Assembly (NCBI GenBank): GCA_012295275.1
Contig: CM022672.1
Coordinates: 33,232,001-33,296,000 of the forward strand
Length of the DNA stretch: 64,000 nucleotides
Reading direction: 5' to 3'
Source of the DNA: Chrysomallon squamiferum
Lineage: Eukaryota > Animalia > Mollusca
A model generated the notes under the pieces. The model saw only the letters and a program-made list of their open reading frames with translations, searched no databases and was not told the origin of the DNA. The translations under genes and the position numbers were made by a program. The stretch's first letter is position 1. Every line of letters starts with the position of its first letter. Below, in pieces: positions 42,091 through 55,700 of the stretch.

Positions 42091-42200
42091 AAATTTCAAC
42101 AAAGTTATCACGATTCAGAGATCTGGCGAAACAAATATCTGCAGAGTTGTTTAGTTTTCTTGACAGAAGTCATTTCAAACTGAGCCTCTGTTAATTAAAG
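40840..42200. repeat. Degenerate ~130-170 bp tandem repeat upstream of Hint gene A; also at 30200-30500 and 48930-49300
   Basis: Recurring core AATCGCTTTCAT..ATAGATCT(A/G)GTAATAAATG(T/C)CTG...GTCATTTCAAAC...TGTT.ATCA. Confidence 0.75.
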
Positions 42201-42786
42201 ACATTTATTTGAGGCAACCCTGAAACAGATCCCGGCCAAAAGGGAAAATATCGAAACCATTTCAAACTGCTTCTAAATAATATTCTTACCGTCGTCACCT
42301 GGTCTTTGGCGTTGTTTGTTTTTTGGTAATTTTATTTATTATTGTTATTATCATTCCATGTTCTTGTGTCGATAACTTGTGAGAGATTAATATTCAGTTT
42401 ATTTATAACATAGATACACAGACATGCATTCACACATATAACCATATATAAAAATATATATGAGCCGTATTGGCAGCACACATATACGTAGCAGACTTGA
42501 TTTTTTTCGTGTTCTTAGAGTGAGCCCATTCTTTGTTATTGTTGTCATTATTGTTACAACTGTTGTTCTTGTTTTTCTTGTTATTATTACTACCATTTCT
42601 TGTACTATTACTGTTTGTAGTTGTCTTCATCTATTATTATTACAATTTATGTTATTATTGTTTTTATTATTGTAATTATTATTATTATCATCATCATCAT
42701 CATCATTATTATTATTGTAATTATTATTATTTTTTTTTATTATTATTATTGTAATTATTATTATTATTATTATTATTATTATTGTA

Positions 42787-42829
<43 letters not shown>

Positions 42830-43142
42830 CAAAGATCAATCAATAAACAAGAACAAATAAAAAGGAATTCTGGGTACACGATTAGGTTGCAGTAATACGT
42901 CTGTTGACTCTGGTGGGGCCGTTAAATTTATTGCTGATGTTGTTTGTCATCATCACACACATGTTTACTGAATTCAAAACAGAAAGAAAATAAATTATTT
43001 ATTTATTTATCAGTCCATTCTTTATTATTATTATCATTATTATTACTACTATTGGTGTTTGCTATTATTAGTTATTATTGTAATTATTATAATAATAATA
43101 ATAATAATAATAATTATTATTATTATATTAGTAGTAGTAGCC

Positions 43143-43176
<34 letters not shown>

Positions 43177-43516
43177 AAGTAGTAGTAGTAGCATTAGTAT
43201 TAGCCCCAGAAATTTGGTATTAGTGTGTCTTTCTTTGTTATATATGTATATTTTTCTCTCTGTATATTTTAATTTACATGGGTACAAGTCTGCATGTATG
43301 AATGTAAAACTATTCGTGTGTATATATGTTTCATTCTGTCTCTATGTACGAGTATACATGTTTGGTGAATTGGATTTTAATGTATTACTGCTATGTAAAA
43401 ACAATAAATAAAGACAGTATATTCCATCAGAGCAGGCAGAGAAAGGTTTGTTTTGTCTTCAGACTGAATTGTTTTCGTTTAAAAGACTGCAATACCATTG
43501 TGTAAATGTTGTTATA

Positions 43517-44197
43517 TTATGTCCGCCATGAAGTGTGACTGACAAGATTGTTATAAAGCTTCTCCAAGTTTGACAAAATAGGACTGAAACCGTCTTCTTG
43601 CCACGGCTCTAACAACCAAGGAAACCATCGAAATGGAGACATTGTGAATCTTTGAACGAAATCTTGATTGAGGGCATTTCCAAAGCAGGAAGCCAGAATT
43701 CCATTAACAACAACAGTTCCCGTGTCCGTCAGAGGAGCGTACAAACCTGGAGAAGATTATAAATAATAACAGATTAACAATTTGTCTCTTTGTATAAGCA
43801 TGTCGTTATATTAATACGGGTGCGTTTGGTGTGTCATCTGTTTGCGTATTGAACGAAGCTGTGTCCAGATAAATTAGATAAATAAATACATCTAATACTT
43901 ATACAGACGTACAGATCTGTTGTTATGATCAGTTTCATTATGAAGCATCTGTACGAAAAAGGTTTTGTCTGTCGAGTCTTTCTTAAATAAAGAAAGTAAT
44001 ATTCAAAGACAGTTTTTTTAAATTTATACCATCTTCTCTTTATTTTGTTTTTACGACGCTTGTTAACCTTAAGTAGATTTATAATCAAGAAACGCAAACT
44101 AAAATCTCTTTGAGTTTGAAAACAGTTCATTTTTTAAAATATATTTCAGTGGTGTGCGCAACTTTTTGTTGTTGAATAGTACTGCGATACAGAAAGA

Positions 44198-44245
<48 letters not shown>

Positions 44246-45246
44246 TTAGGAGAAACTATGGTTAAATAGTGTTAAGTCCTTTGTGATCTTCTATTTTGGT
44301 TGCCATGTTAACCAGAACCTGAGCACACGTCCTTGATTACTATTTATTACTGTTATACCAAATTATTATTACTACTGCTTCTGCTGCTACTTCTACTACT
44401 ACTGCCAATTACTACTACTAACTATTACTACTACTACTACTAACTATTACTACTACTACTGCCAATTACTACTACTAACTATTACTATTCCAACAGACTT
44501 TCGCAACTCCTATGAATACTACCATTAACTTTATTATTATTTACTACTACTACTACTACTACTACAACAATAACAACAACAACAACTACTACTACTACCT
44601 CTACCACTAGATTACCTTGTTCCTTAGAAAGAAATATTTGTACAACTTGCTCTGGACAGAGATCATTCCAGCAGCTTTCAGCACTGAATAAATAATCACC
44701 TGGTTTCACTGATTTAGCAAACCTGAAGATAGACAGACAAATTCCTCATAAACAGCGACTGCTTTCATTAAACAGTAAACATAATACAATGGAGCCTTAT
44801 ATATTATTAATATTAAAGTAAAATATATTTTTGAGATTGGCAAATTAATGACGTACTTACATGCCTTTTTTTTCTTTTTTTTTTTTTGCAAAGAAACCTG
44901 TTACGACATTTTTACGAAACTTACTAAGTAACGACTTAAAGATAATCGTAAAGAAAACAAAGAAAACAAACGTAGGTTTCATGCTGGCTGACGTATTACA
45001 GCGTGACGTAAACACAACGTGTAATTCTGACACAGTAAGTTGACGGCCTTGCACTGTGACCAGTGTGAGATACGACATGTTTGATGCTGGTTTACGATGG
45101 AGAAATGTTCTGACTTCAGAAAATACGCGTTTTCCATTTTGTACTGAAATTAAAAGTAAAAAAAAACATTTTCATTTATAAATCTTTACTAGACCCTGTT
45201 TTGAGAAATAAATTATCTTTGGTAGCAAAAAAGGTTGAAAACATCT

Positions 45247-45339
<93 letters not shown>

Positions 45340-47664
45340 AAGAATAGAACGTTGTTAAAGCTTATTCAGTTCTAATCTATCATCTAGTTTCCACCTGTAC
45401 GTTCTTCTTCTTCTTTTTTTTTTTTTTTTTTTTTTTGTGATGTTATTATTATTATTATTTTTTTAATTTTGTTCTATTATTATTGGAAAGATTCACCTAA
45501 GAGTTCATCTGCTGCATAGTAACAAGGAAACAAACTGATTCAAAAAACCTAAAACTGCTTCAGCTCAGGAACGAACTAACGTAGACTGCAAAACGAAAAT
45601 TTCGAAGACGTCAGCGTAACACGAATCAGCAATAAAACGGACAGGAAGACTCACCGGACAGAACTCTTTGTCCTCCGACAAGATCTTTCATTCTTACAGC
45701 CTGACCAGTGTCCAGCCGCACAGTGACGTCACCAGGGAAACAGTTCGAGGACTCTATGGGACACGCAACACAGCATTTCAGTCGATCTTGCGGTCCCTGG
45801 TACGTGCCTTCGCGGCATCCACAGCCACAAGGTAAAACCACATATCCACAAGGACAGAGGTATCCTGCGGGATCTGGGAACGTGATTTTATTTATTTATT
45901 TATTTATTTTTTATACATTTAGCATTAATGAAAAAGAAGCAGATGATTTCAGTTTACTTTTTAATAACTCATTTGTGTTGTTTCAGCGGCCTGCTGATGA
46001 TGAAAAATCAGAATTTCCAAATCGTTAAAATAACGTTAGCCCTGAATTTTGCAGATTATGTTACTGTGATGTAAATTCTGAGATTTTCCTACGTAATGTA
46101 AATACTGACACCTTTTTTTACTGTAATGTAAATGCAGACATCTTTTCTCTCTAATGTAAATACTGATATCTTGTTATAATGATGTAAATACTGATATCTT
46201 GTTATAATGATGTAAATACTGACATCTTGATAATGTACTGTAAATACTGACATCTTGATAATGTACTGTAAATATTGACAGCTTTTTACTGTAATGTAAA
46301 GGCAGACATATTATAACTCTAATGTAAATTCTGAAATCTTGTTAATACAATGTAAACGCAGACACTATGATACGTAAATATGCCTTGTTAAATTTATACA
46401 AAACTGACGTCTTTTTAAATTTATATTAAATACTGACATCGTGTTACTAATATGTGAGTACTTACATTTTCTTGCTGTAATGTAAATAAAGACATCTTGT
46501 TACTTTAATATAAATAGAGATTTTTGTTACTATAATGAAAATACAAAAATCTTGTTAATATAATATAAATACTGGCATTTTGTCACTATAATGTGATTAC
46601 TGATATTTTGTTTACTATTATGTAAATATCGATATTTTGTTATTGTAACGTAACTACATATATCTTGTTCTTATAATGTAAATATTGATATTTGTTATTG
46701 TAATGTAAATTCATACATCGTATTATTATAACGTAAATACTATTCATTTTCTATAGTAATATACATTTTGTTATTGTAAAGTAAATAGTTACATCTTGTT
46801 ATTATAGTGTAAATATTGATATTTTGTTACTATAATAAAAATACAAACATCTCATTCTATTATGGAAATATCGTATCTTATTCTATAATTTAAATACAGA
46901 TATTTTATTCTATAAAGTATAAAAGCTATTTTTATACTGTAATGTAAATACATTCCATTTGTTACTATAAAGACCTCTGATTACTATAAAACATATCTAA
47001 TGTAAATATTTACTATAATGTAAATTCTGAGTTTTCTTCCTGTGATATGAATACTGACAGCTTGTTACTGTAATGTAAATATTGGCATTGTTTGTACCAA
47101 AACCATCAATACAGAATATTTTCTTAAAACCGTGCCGAATTAAAGAGTACAATCTGTATTCGTATTTGTGTTGTTCTTTTGTTTTTTTCTCTCGACTTGG
47201 TTCCATGAATTGTTTTTGTTTAATAACTTTTATGGCATTTCGATCTAAATATCCATGCCAACATCGAAAATATAGTGTTAATAATATTTGTAATAATAAA
47301 ATATTCCGTTAGAAATCCAGGCTATATATATATGTATATTATATATTTATATATAATATAATGTGTGTATGTGTGTGTGTGCGTATACACAAAAAATTAT
47401 TGTTCTTGTAACCTAATATAAAATGTCTGTCTTGGATATTTTATATTTAAATTGGATATTTATTAAATATGTTTGAATTTTCTCTAGCGTCAGTGAAAGG
47501 AGATTTCGATTTTTTTCTGGTTTCTTAATCCAACTCAATATAATTATATAACAAAGCTATAATATGAACAAAATGTTAAGCTCTGGCTTAAAATTTACAA
47601 TTATCTTACCTTTAGCAGCTGCTATAAAAGAAAGGAAACAAAAAACAAACACAGAAACACTCAT
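43517..47664 (-). CDS. Hedgehog-related protein B: signal peptide + 8-Cys mini-domain + Hint/Hog domain, 260 aa
   Basis: Exons 47664-47610 (MSVSVFVFCFLSFIAAAK), 45873-45655 (DPAGYLCPCGYVVLPCGCGCREGTYQGPQDRLKCCVACPIESSN|CFPGD..), 45143-44972 (..LTVSELH..), 44722-44616 and 43746-43517 (GLYAPLTDTGTVVVNGILASCF..). All GT-AG and phase-consistent, 783 nt with no internal stop. Confidence 0.9.
46055..47095. repeat. ~30-bp minisatellite filling much of intron 1 of Hint gene B
   Basis: About 30 diverged copies of TTGTTACT(A/G)TAATGTAAATACTGA(C/T)AT(C/T). Confidence 0.9.
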
Positions 47665-49685
47665 GATAGTAAACAGAGAGAGAGAGTTTAGCTTCAGTCG
47701 ATGTTTTCTATACTGTAAAACCAACAAGTAACGTAACGCTTATTTCCATATTTTGCAAATAAACAGTTTTTAATATTTTTTTTTTCATAAAATATATATA
47801 AATTTCCCCATGTGTTCAAATGAACACTAATGTTCAGAGAAGATATCAAGTTTCATTTGATAGATCACGTTAAAAAAAATAATAAAAAAAAAAAAAAAAA
47901 AAAACATAAAATAAAAAATAACATTAAACTGTTTAAAATGAATGTAATTTCAAATTCTTCAAGACACAGCAAAATTTGAGACAACCTAATTACAGGCCCA
48001 GGGGAAAATACAGACTCCAGTTCAAATTGCTTAGTAATAATATTCTTATTGCTATTACTGCTGTTATTATTAGTACCAATTTTATATAGTCATGTTATTT
48101 GGTGTTTTTTTTACTTTCAACGTGACGGCATCATTATAATTATTGTTATTGCTATTAATGTTGTTGTTACTTAAATTTTTATTTTATTTTTTCGTTATTT
48201 TTCTTATTAGAAATCTTATGTCGTCGATGTTGTTATTATTAATGTCGTTCTTTTTCGCTTTTTCGATTTCTTCTTCTTACTAATACCATTATTAGTATAA
48301 TTAGTTTCATCATCGACGGCTTTATTATTATTATTAATTAATGCTATATGATGATGTCCCACAATATACTGTTATAACGTTTGTGTGTCTATGCATGTAT
48401 ATATATATATATATATTCTTTTTAATAATAATAATTATTACTACTATTCTCATTTTGACGTTTTTATTATTAGTGTTGTTGTCTGATTGTTTCTTCATTT
48501 CTTTAATAATAATTATTATTACAGATGTTGCCGTCGCCGTTGACGTTATTTTGTGCTCTCATTTCTCCAGTTATTACTGTAGATGCAGAAACAATGAAAA
48601 TGATTTACACTTATTTCTATTTATAAGTTGTTGTTGTTGTTGTTGTTGTTTTTCTTAAAAAGAACAAAAATATTTTTTTTTTTTTTTTTTTTTTTTTACG
48701 ATTCAGAAAGTTTATCTGTCTGTGCAACTAGATGACCATGCAAAACAAAGCAAGAAAAAGATGCAGTTTAGTTTTTAAATTTTTATCTGTGTGTTAATTG
48801 TTGTTTCGATGTCTGTTGAGTATTTGGAGAGCGGTTTCTCACATAACAAACATTTTATTTTTCCTTTTATTTTCTTGCTTCTGCATGAATTCGCCTATAC
48901 TTAAATAGATATAAAATAGTGAAATTATATAATTATAAAATTTAAAAAAGTCCAGAAATGAAATGCTTTTATTTGATAGATCTAGTAATAAATACCTGCA
49001 GGGTTTCTGATAGAACGTCATTTCAAACTGCGCTTTGGTTCATCTTCATATTTTACACGTAGCCTCGTTTTAAACTACAAAAAAAAAAAAAAAAAAAAAA
49101 AAAAATAGATTTCCATAAATGAAATCGCCATTATTGGATAGATCTAGTAATAAATGTCTGCTGTTTTATATATACATGTCGTTGCAAATGACACTTCTAT
49201 TCATCGTGGTGTTAAACACATAGAACATTTTGAGTTCTTCAAAAGAAGAAAAACAATTTAGGAAAAGTTTCGCTTTTCATAGATCTAGTAAGAAAACCAA
49301 CATCCCCACAGTTATTTTGTAAAGAAAATTTTAAAATGGAAAACGCTGAAAGGTTTATTAAATACAACACAGTATGTTTAATATTTTTGAATAACAGTTA
49401 TCAAATGACGTTTCGGATCTTTTTAGTTCCTATGGTAAATCATTATCACTTCTCTAAAATGCAAGAAACCAGGTGATGATTTTTTTTCTTTCAAAGGAGA
49501 AATCTGAAAGCGCGTTATTAGTCGCCATCTTTGAATATTCGCTTTCTATGGCGAACAGCCCTGTTTCTTTTACGCTGGAAATTCTAAACAGCGTTAATGA
49601 AAATTATTTCAGTGCACTTCAAGGAATGATGCAATTAATGATACCGCGTTAATCAAGTAATCGCGTAAGGCGAACCAAGAATACT

Positions 49686-49716
<31 letters not shown>

Positions 49717-50169
49717 TGTGTGCATGTGTGTGTGCGTGTATGTGTATGTCTATATCTATGTATGTGTATGTGTGTTTGTGTTTATGTGTGACTGTTTTAG
49801 TTTTTGTATTATTGTATTGCAAACTTATCTATTTAATAAAAAGATTATACATTATTCTATTTTTCTTCTACTTTTAAAAAATAAATTAATATATTACTTG
49901 TTTCTTTTCTAAATATCTTGTGCCCAAAACCCTGTTATATTTGATTATTGTTAGATATTTTTCTATTTATAAATGCTAGGAAAAATGTTTTCACTTTTCC
50001 AATTTTTCATCTCCAATGCCAAACTGAGAAGTTCTAAAATATTTCGTAAATAAATAATCCAACAAAATCCATATTTGTTTAAGATAATTTTAGTGAGTTA
50101 CATTTTCATAGACTTGAACATAGAAGCTTGTCGTAGTTAATTTATTAAAGCATTATTAAAACATTACTA

Positions 50170-50370
50170 AAACAGTGACGTCATTAAGAACGAATTTTCA
50201 GACATCTAACCTTTCTAATGTCTCGACATGTGACCTTTCTAATGTGAACACCCGGCCTTGACCATGACTTTGTCTTCCCATTGGCTGAATAATTTTCAGC
50301 TCGAGACTGAATTTGAAGTGCGTCGATGCCAAACGTGCGATTCCTATTTTACAGACAGAACCGAGTAAGT
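50170..50370 (+). promoter_or_regulatory. Candidate promoter and non-coding first exon upstream of C9orf78
   Basis: TGACGTCA (CRE) at ~50176, ATTGG (CCAAT box) at ~50280, a CpG-richer patch and a GA|GTAAGT donor at ~50364. Motif evidence only. Confidence 0.35.
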
Positions 50371-50660
50371 TTTATAACTTATTTTATGTTACTGAAATAA
50401 TAATCTGTCTCAGTGTAAAGTTTATTTTATTATTATATTGTTTATTAATTTCATTGTTTTAGAAAAAAATAAATAAAATAAAATAAATAAATAAAAAATT
50501 ACTGATATTTTATCACTGATATTTTATGATAATTTAAAGCGTTATTTTTATATAGCGTCTGGTAGAAACTAAATTATTTCGTTTTATTAATTATTTTTTT
50601 CGACTTGTGGCTTACAAGTCCTGGTCCGGCATTGGATTTAATGAATAATAACAATAAAGG

Positions 50661-50708
<48 letters not shown>

Positions 50709-52779
50709 AAAAAAAAAACCGTTAAGATTTATTTTAGAACGTGTGCAAAAGATAACATTAAGTAAAAACTACTATGAAGGCATGCCGCGAAAGCAAGATT
50801 ATTATTATTAATATTATTTCAAATGAATTTTGTATAATATTTTGAATTAATAAACATAAATATTTAAATAAATGTTTCTCGTCTTCATAATTTATTTATT
50901 CAATTATAAGCCTGTAAATATCTTTTTTTTTTTTTTTTGAGTTGAATGAATTTCTCAATCCTTTAATGATTAATTTTTTTCTGTAAAGTTACTTTTCAGA
51001 AGTTTTTTTTTTTTTCTTTTACAATGTCTGGTTCCGAAAACTAGATCGTCTAGCCAGTGAACTTGATTTTAACGTCACTGGGTTAAAGTACAATAACTAG
51101 ACTTGACACATGTCATCAACAAATACAGATTCCTTGTAATTAAATTACCCATTAAGAAGTAATTCACTACCTTTTATTTTATTTATTTTTTTTCTCTACC
51201 CATTATTACTAATGACCAGTTTGACATAGAAGCAAAACAAATACAGTTGTTGGGAAACTGGTTAAAAAAAAAAAAAAAAAAAAAAAGCGCTTATTTAATT
51301 TAGGGAGAAAAAAAGAAATGCGAGAAAGACATATAACATCTAATTACATATATAAAAATACTACCCAGGTCAATAATTGTTTAAAATAGCAGAGATCAGT
51401 ACAAGCGAAGTAAAACAAAACTGAGGCGAAAAAAAAAAAAAAAAAGAAATAACAATAAAAGAAAAAATCACACAATCGTCTGCTCAGTTGCTACTCCGAA
51501 CAGTAGTTTCAGTGGAAAAGAAAACACGACTCACTCCAATAAGCAGACGATATAAACCAACCAGTTCTGCTTCCGGGGACATTCATAATTCAGGACACTA
51601 GTACTACAGAAAATAGGATTTTCTTATCCCAGGCCAACACCCTTTATTCTTGCCTCGAATAAATACAGATTCCCTGTATCTAATTTACAGATCAAGCAGT
51701 GAATCAGTCCCTTTCTTTCTTTCTTTCTTTCTTTTTTTTTTCGGCAATGCCCGTCAAATTTTTTGCAAAAAAAAACAACCCAAGATAGTCATATTCATTA
51801 AATATTTTCATAAAAATAAGGCAAAATTGTATTTTAAAATCGATTTATTTTTTGGGGAAACAGTGATTCCTTAATCTGCTATTTAATTTTCTATTAAAAA
51901 AAAAAAAATGAAAAAATAAAAAAATAAAAATAATAAATCAATAAAATAAAAAAAAATAAAATAAAAAATAAAAAATTAAAAAAAATAAAAACAAAAATAA
52001 ACAATATAGAAACAAACACCAGCATTAATATCACTAATACTAACAACGAGAATAACCTTAGTAATATTAATAATAATAATAATAATAAACAAAAACAACA
52101 ACAACAGCTGGAGCAGTAATAATATTTAATAACGAGGTCAATAGCCACAATAACAATATAATGATAATGTACTTGAAACAAGTGACGTTGAAAACCAGGT
52201 CACTGAATAGAACACAGACGATGTAGTTATCGGTGCACGATATTGTAAATAAATAAATAAATAAATAAATAATCAACATTAAAAAAATTAATAATAATAA
52301 AAATAAAGTAAAACAAAATAAAATAAAAATAAATAAAATAATAATAATAAAAAATAAAATAAAAATACAGTCTTATAGCTGCTTAAATAAATTATGACGT
52401 CAGTTAAATTAAATAATTATCGTATATTTAAATAATTATCATTTTTAAAAATTAAAAAATAAATATAAAAGTTTTCAGCATGTCTTTATGGTAAATATTT
52501 ACTTGATGCTATTTTTAGTTCCACCTTTTAAAATAAATGGTACTGCTTTTATATTTTCTTATTTTTTTTATTGTTATTAATATTATCTCTAACAAATACT
52601 AATATTCAAACATTTGTTGTGATAACGTTATGAAATTTTTATTTTTTTATTTTTTATTTTTTGTACAGAAATTATCAAAAAACGAAAGTATGTTGAGAGA
52701 CCCAAAACGCTAACTCTATTTTGATTGTACGCAGGCGGCCTTCACCTGCGATGGATATAAATTGTTCTAGATTATCCTA

Positions 52780-55700
52780 ATGGCGGAGACTATAAAGAAG
52801 AGAGGTAAACAGTTCAGGAAAAGAAAACATTCTAGCGACGATGATGATAGTTCGGATGGAAATGAACAAACCAGGTTTTTAATAATATATTTTAAAACTT
52901 ATAGCGACAAATCTTACTTGACTAGTAACATAATTGACGATAATAAAATAACGTTGTAACTTCGTGTTTCGCTTGCGATCGACAACTCTGTAACTGTCTT
53001 TTTGTGACAAGATTGCTAAATTATCCAGTATTATTTTAACTCTAAATGTAACGATAAATAACAATTACGTACATAATAAATATTAGAATTATCACAGAAT
53101 ATTTGATTAATTTGGAAAATAAAAGTGTGGACATGCCACTATTTGACATGAAGACTTCGGAAACTGTTGGAGTATTGACTGTCACTGACTGAACTTGAAG
53201 GCTTTTAAAAATCTAACGCATTTTGATTCAGTTAAAATACTATTATAGCAGCAGTGTCTTTGTGTGAAGTGTATTATTTTAGTCAGAATTTCATAGGAAT
53301 AAATATTCAATAATTGGTTGATCTGAAAATATGTAAGACTAAGACTAGAATTTTGTAGTAAGAGAATACTGAATAGTTCATCTCAGATAAAGAATATTTA
53401 TGCATTGTTTATTTATATTTACCATTTCATTTACAGATATTTTCCATGTTCTACTCAGCTGAGATAAATGATTAATACTGGTTTTCATTTTGCCTAAAAT
53501 ATCCATATTTTGAAAAAAAAAACAACAACAATAATTTGAATAAAATGAACACAACTAACAATAATTGTAAATTTATCCATTGAAAATTCAGAAGAACAAA
53601 ATAAATAGTTATTTTTCTTTTAGCAGTGACATAGCTGTTATTAATGAAGTTAAGGAACTTCAGAAACTTCGTAGCAGACAAAAAGGTGTGAGTGCGGCAA
53701 GTCTGGCTCTGGGGAAGAAGATAGAAAAATTAGAACAGATTGAAAACGTAGGAATTATCAATTATTATTGGATCTTAAATTGTATTTAGTATTTACCTTT
53801 TATTTTATTTTCTAAATATTGAATATGTATCAATTAACAGTTGTTACTGGACTTGTAATTGTATTTAATATTTACTTTTTATTTTATTTTTTAAATAATG
53901 AAAGTGTATGACTTAACAATTGTTACTGTATCTGTAATTGTGTTAAGTATTTACTATTCTATTTTATTTTTTAAATATTGAAATAAGATCGTAATAATCT
54001 GTATTTAGACTAAGCCGTGTTAGGCAAACTTATGTTGTTTATATTAATTAAGACTAAAGAGTTTTTAGAATACCCGTGTGTTATTGAAATAATTTGTTAA
54101 CATCAAGGTTCCTTCCAGCTGTATTTATGGCACTTATATATCACAATTATATGAGAGTTGGGTTAAAGAAATAAATACATGTGTATCATAATATACCTAC
54201 AACTGTTTGCCACTGTATATTTACATTTTTGCTCAAAGAATCAGAATTATTGAAAAGTAGGAAGGAACAGTTGTCATTCTGTATTATTCATGATATACCT
54301 ATATTTTATAATAATAATGACTAATTATGGATGTTTTATAGTCTGACCCTTTTAAGATGAAAACTGGAGGCTTTATTGATATGAAAGAGATGAAGATGGG
54401 TTAAAGAAAAAATACATAATCAATATTTTACAACTGTTTTTCTCAATTTCATTTTTATTCAAAGTGGAATGTGTTAAAAAAATCCTTCAGTTCATAAAGT
54501 CCTATATTTTAAATAAAAGCACAATGTTTTTTTTTTTAAGATGAAAACAATGCTTCAAATTTCTACTGAAATTTATAACTGAATTTATAACATTTAAAAA
54601 CTGGAATGTGTTAGAAAAAGATACCTATTTATTTAAATAAAACTAAATAAACAAAATTAGTATTATTTTATGGCTAAATTTATTTACTATGACTGTATTG
54701 TGATTTATGATTTAATATTTCTTTGTTATCGACTTTATTTAAATATGTATTATGATTTTCTTTGTTATTGAATTTATTTAAATATGTTAGTATTATATTT
54801 CCTTTGTTATTGAATTTATTTAAATATGTTAGTATTATATTTCCTTTATTACTGAATTTATTTAAATATGGCTGTTATCATTGTGAATTACTTTATTACT
54901 GAATTTATTTAAATATGTTTGTATTATATTTACTTAATTACAGAATTTATTTAAATATGTCTGTATTACATTTCCTTTATTAATGAATTTATTTATGTTA
55001 TGATTTATTTATTACCAACTTTACTTAGATATGTTGTATTGTGATTTACTTTATTATTGAATTTATTTAAATATGTCTGTATTGTTATTTATTCTATTAC
55101 TAAGTTTATTTAGATATGATTTATGTTAGTACCGAGTTTATTAAGTATGTCTAATTAACTAAGTTAATAAGTATTTTGATAGTATTATAACTTATTTACT
55201 TAGAGTCAGAATGTAATTTTATACTGAATTCTTTGCTTTATTTTAGACCACTGAGTGGGGAAGAGGCTACTGCAATAGGAACAGCATTTGCTGCTGAAAC
55301 TAACAGAAGAGATGAAGATGCTGAAATGTAAGAGATTTCACTTTATTAAAATTAATACTAGTAATTAATTAAACTGAAAGTATAAATTATTGTAAAATCT
55401 GTTTTATAATTTTCAGTCAGCATTTGAAATTTTTGTTATGTTCATAGAACTACTTGGAGATGAAGTGCTGTTTGAATTTATATTTCAAAATAAGTAATTG
55501 CATGTCAGCAAAGTGTAAATTATTCTTATCCTTTAACTAAGGATTTTTTATTTTTAATATTTATTATTTTTTTGACTATTGTATAATGATGTCTTTGTTT
55601 CATTACTTGTTTGTATTTTTAATTAGTTCACTTTAATTAGTGTAGACTAAGCATTTGATGAAGAAGAAGATTTTAAGTTTTTAATCATTTTTTTTTTATC

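Noticed and set aside
46055-47095. CRISPR-like appearance of ~30-bp repeats
   Set aside because: Head-to-tail degenerate units without unique spacers, inside a eukaryotic intron, with no cas genes.
35894-47664. Calling the Hint genes hedgehog, or calling the domains inteins
   Set aside because: There is no ~170-aa Hedge domain or CGPGR N-terminus. There is also no intein-type His-Asn|Cys/Ser/Thr C-terminal junction; the domain ends in ASCF plus an SRR-like tail, i.e. Hog type.
49521-49533. YY1-like AAGATGGCG motif (minus strand) suggesting another gene start
   Set aside because: A single short motif with no supporting exon chain.
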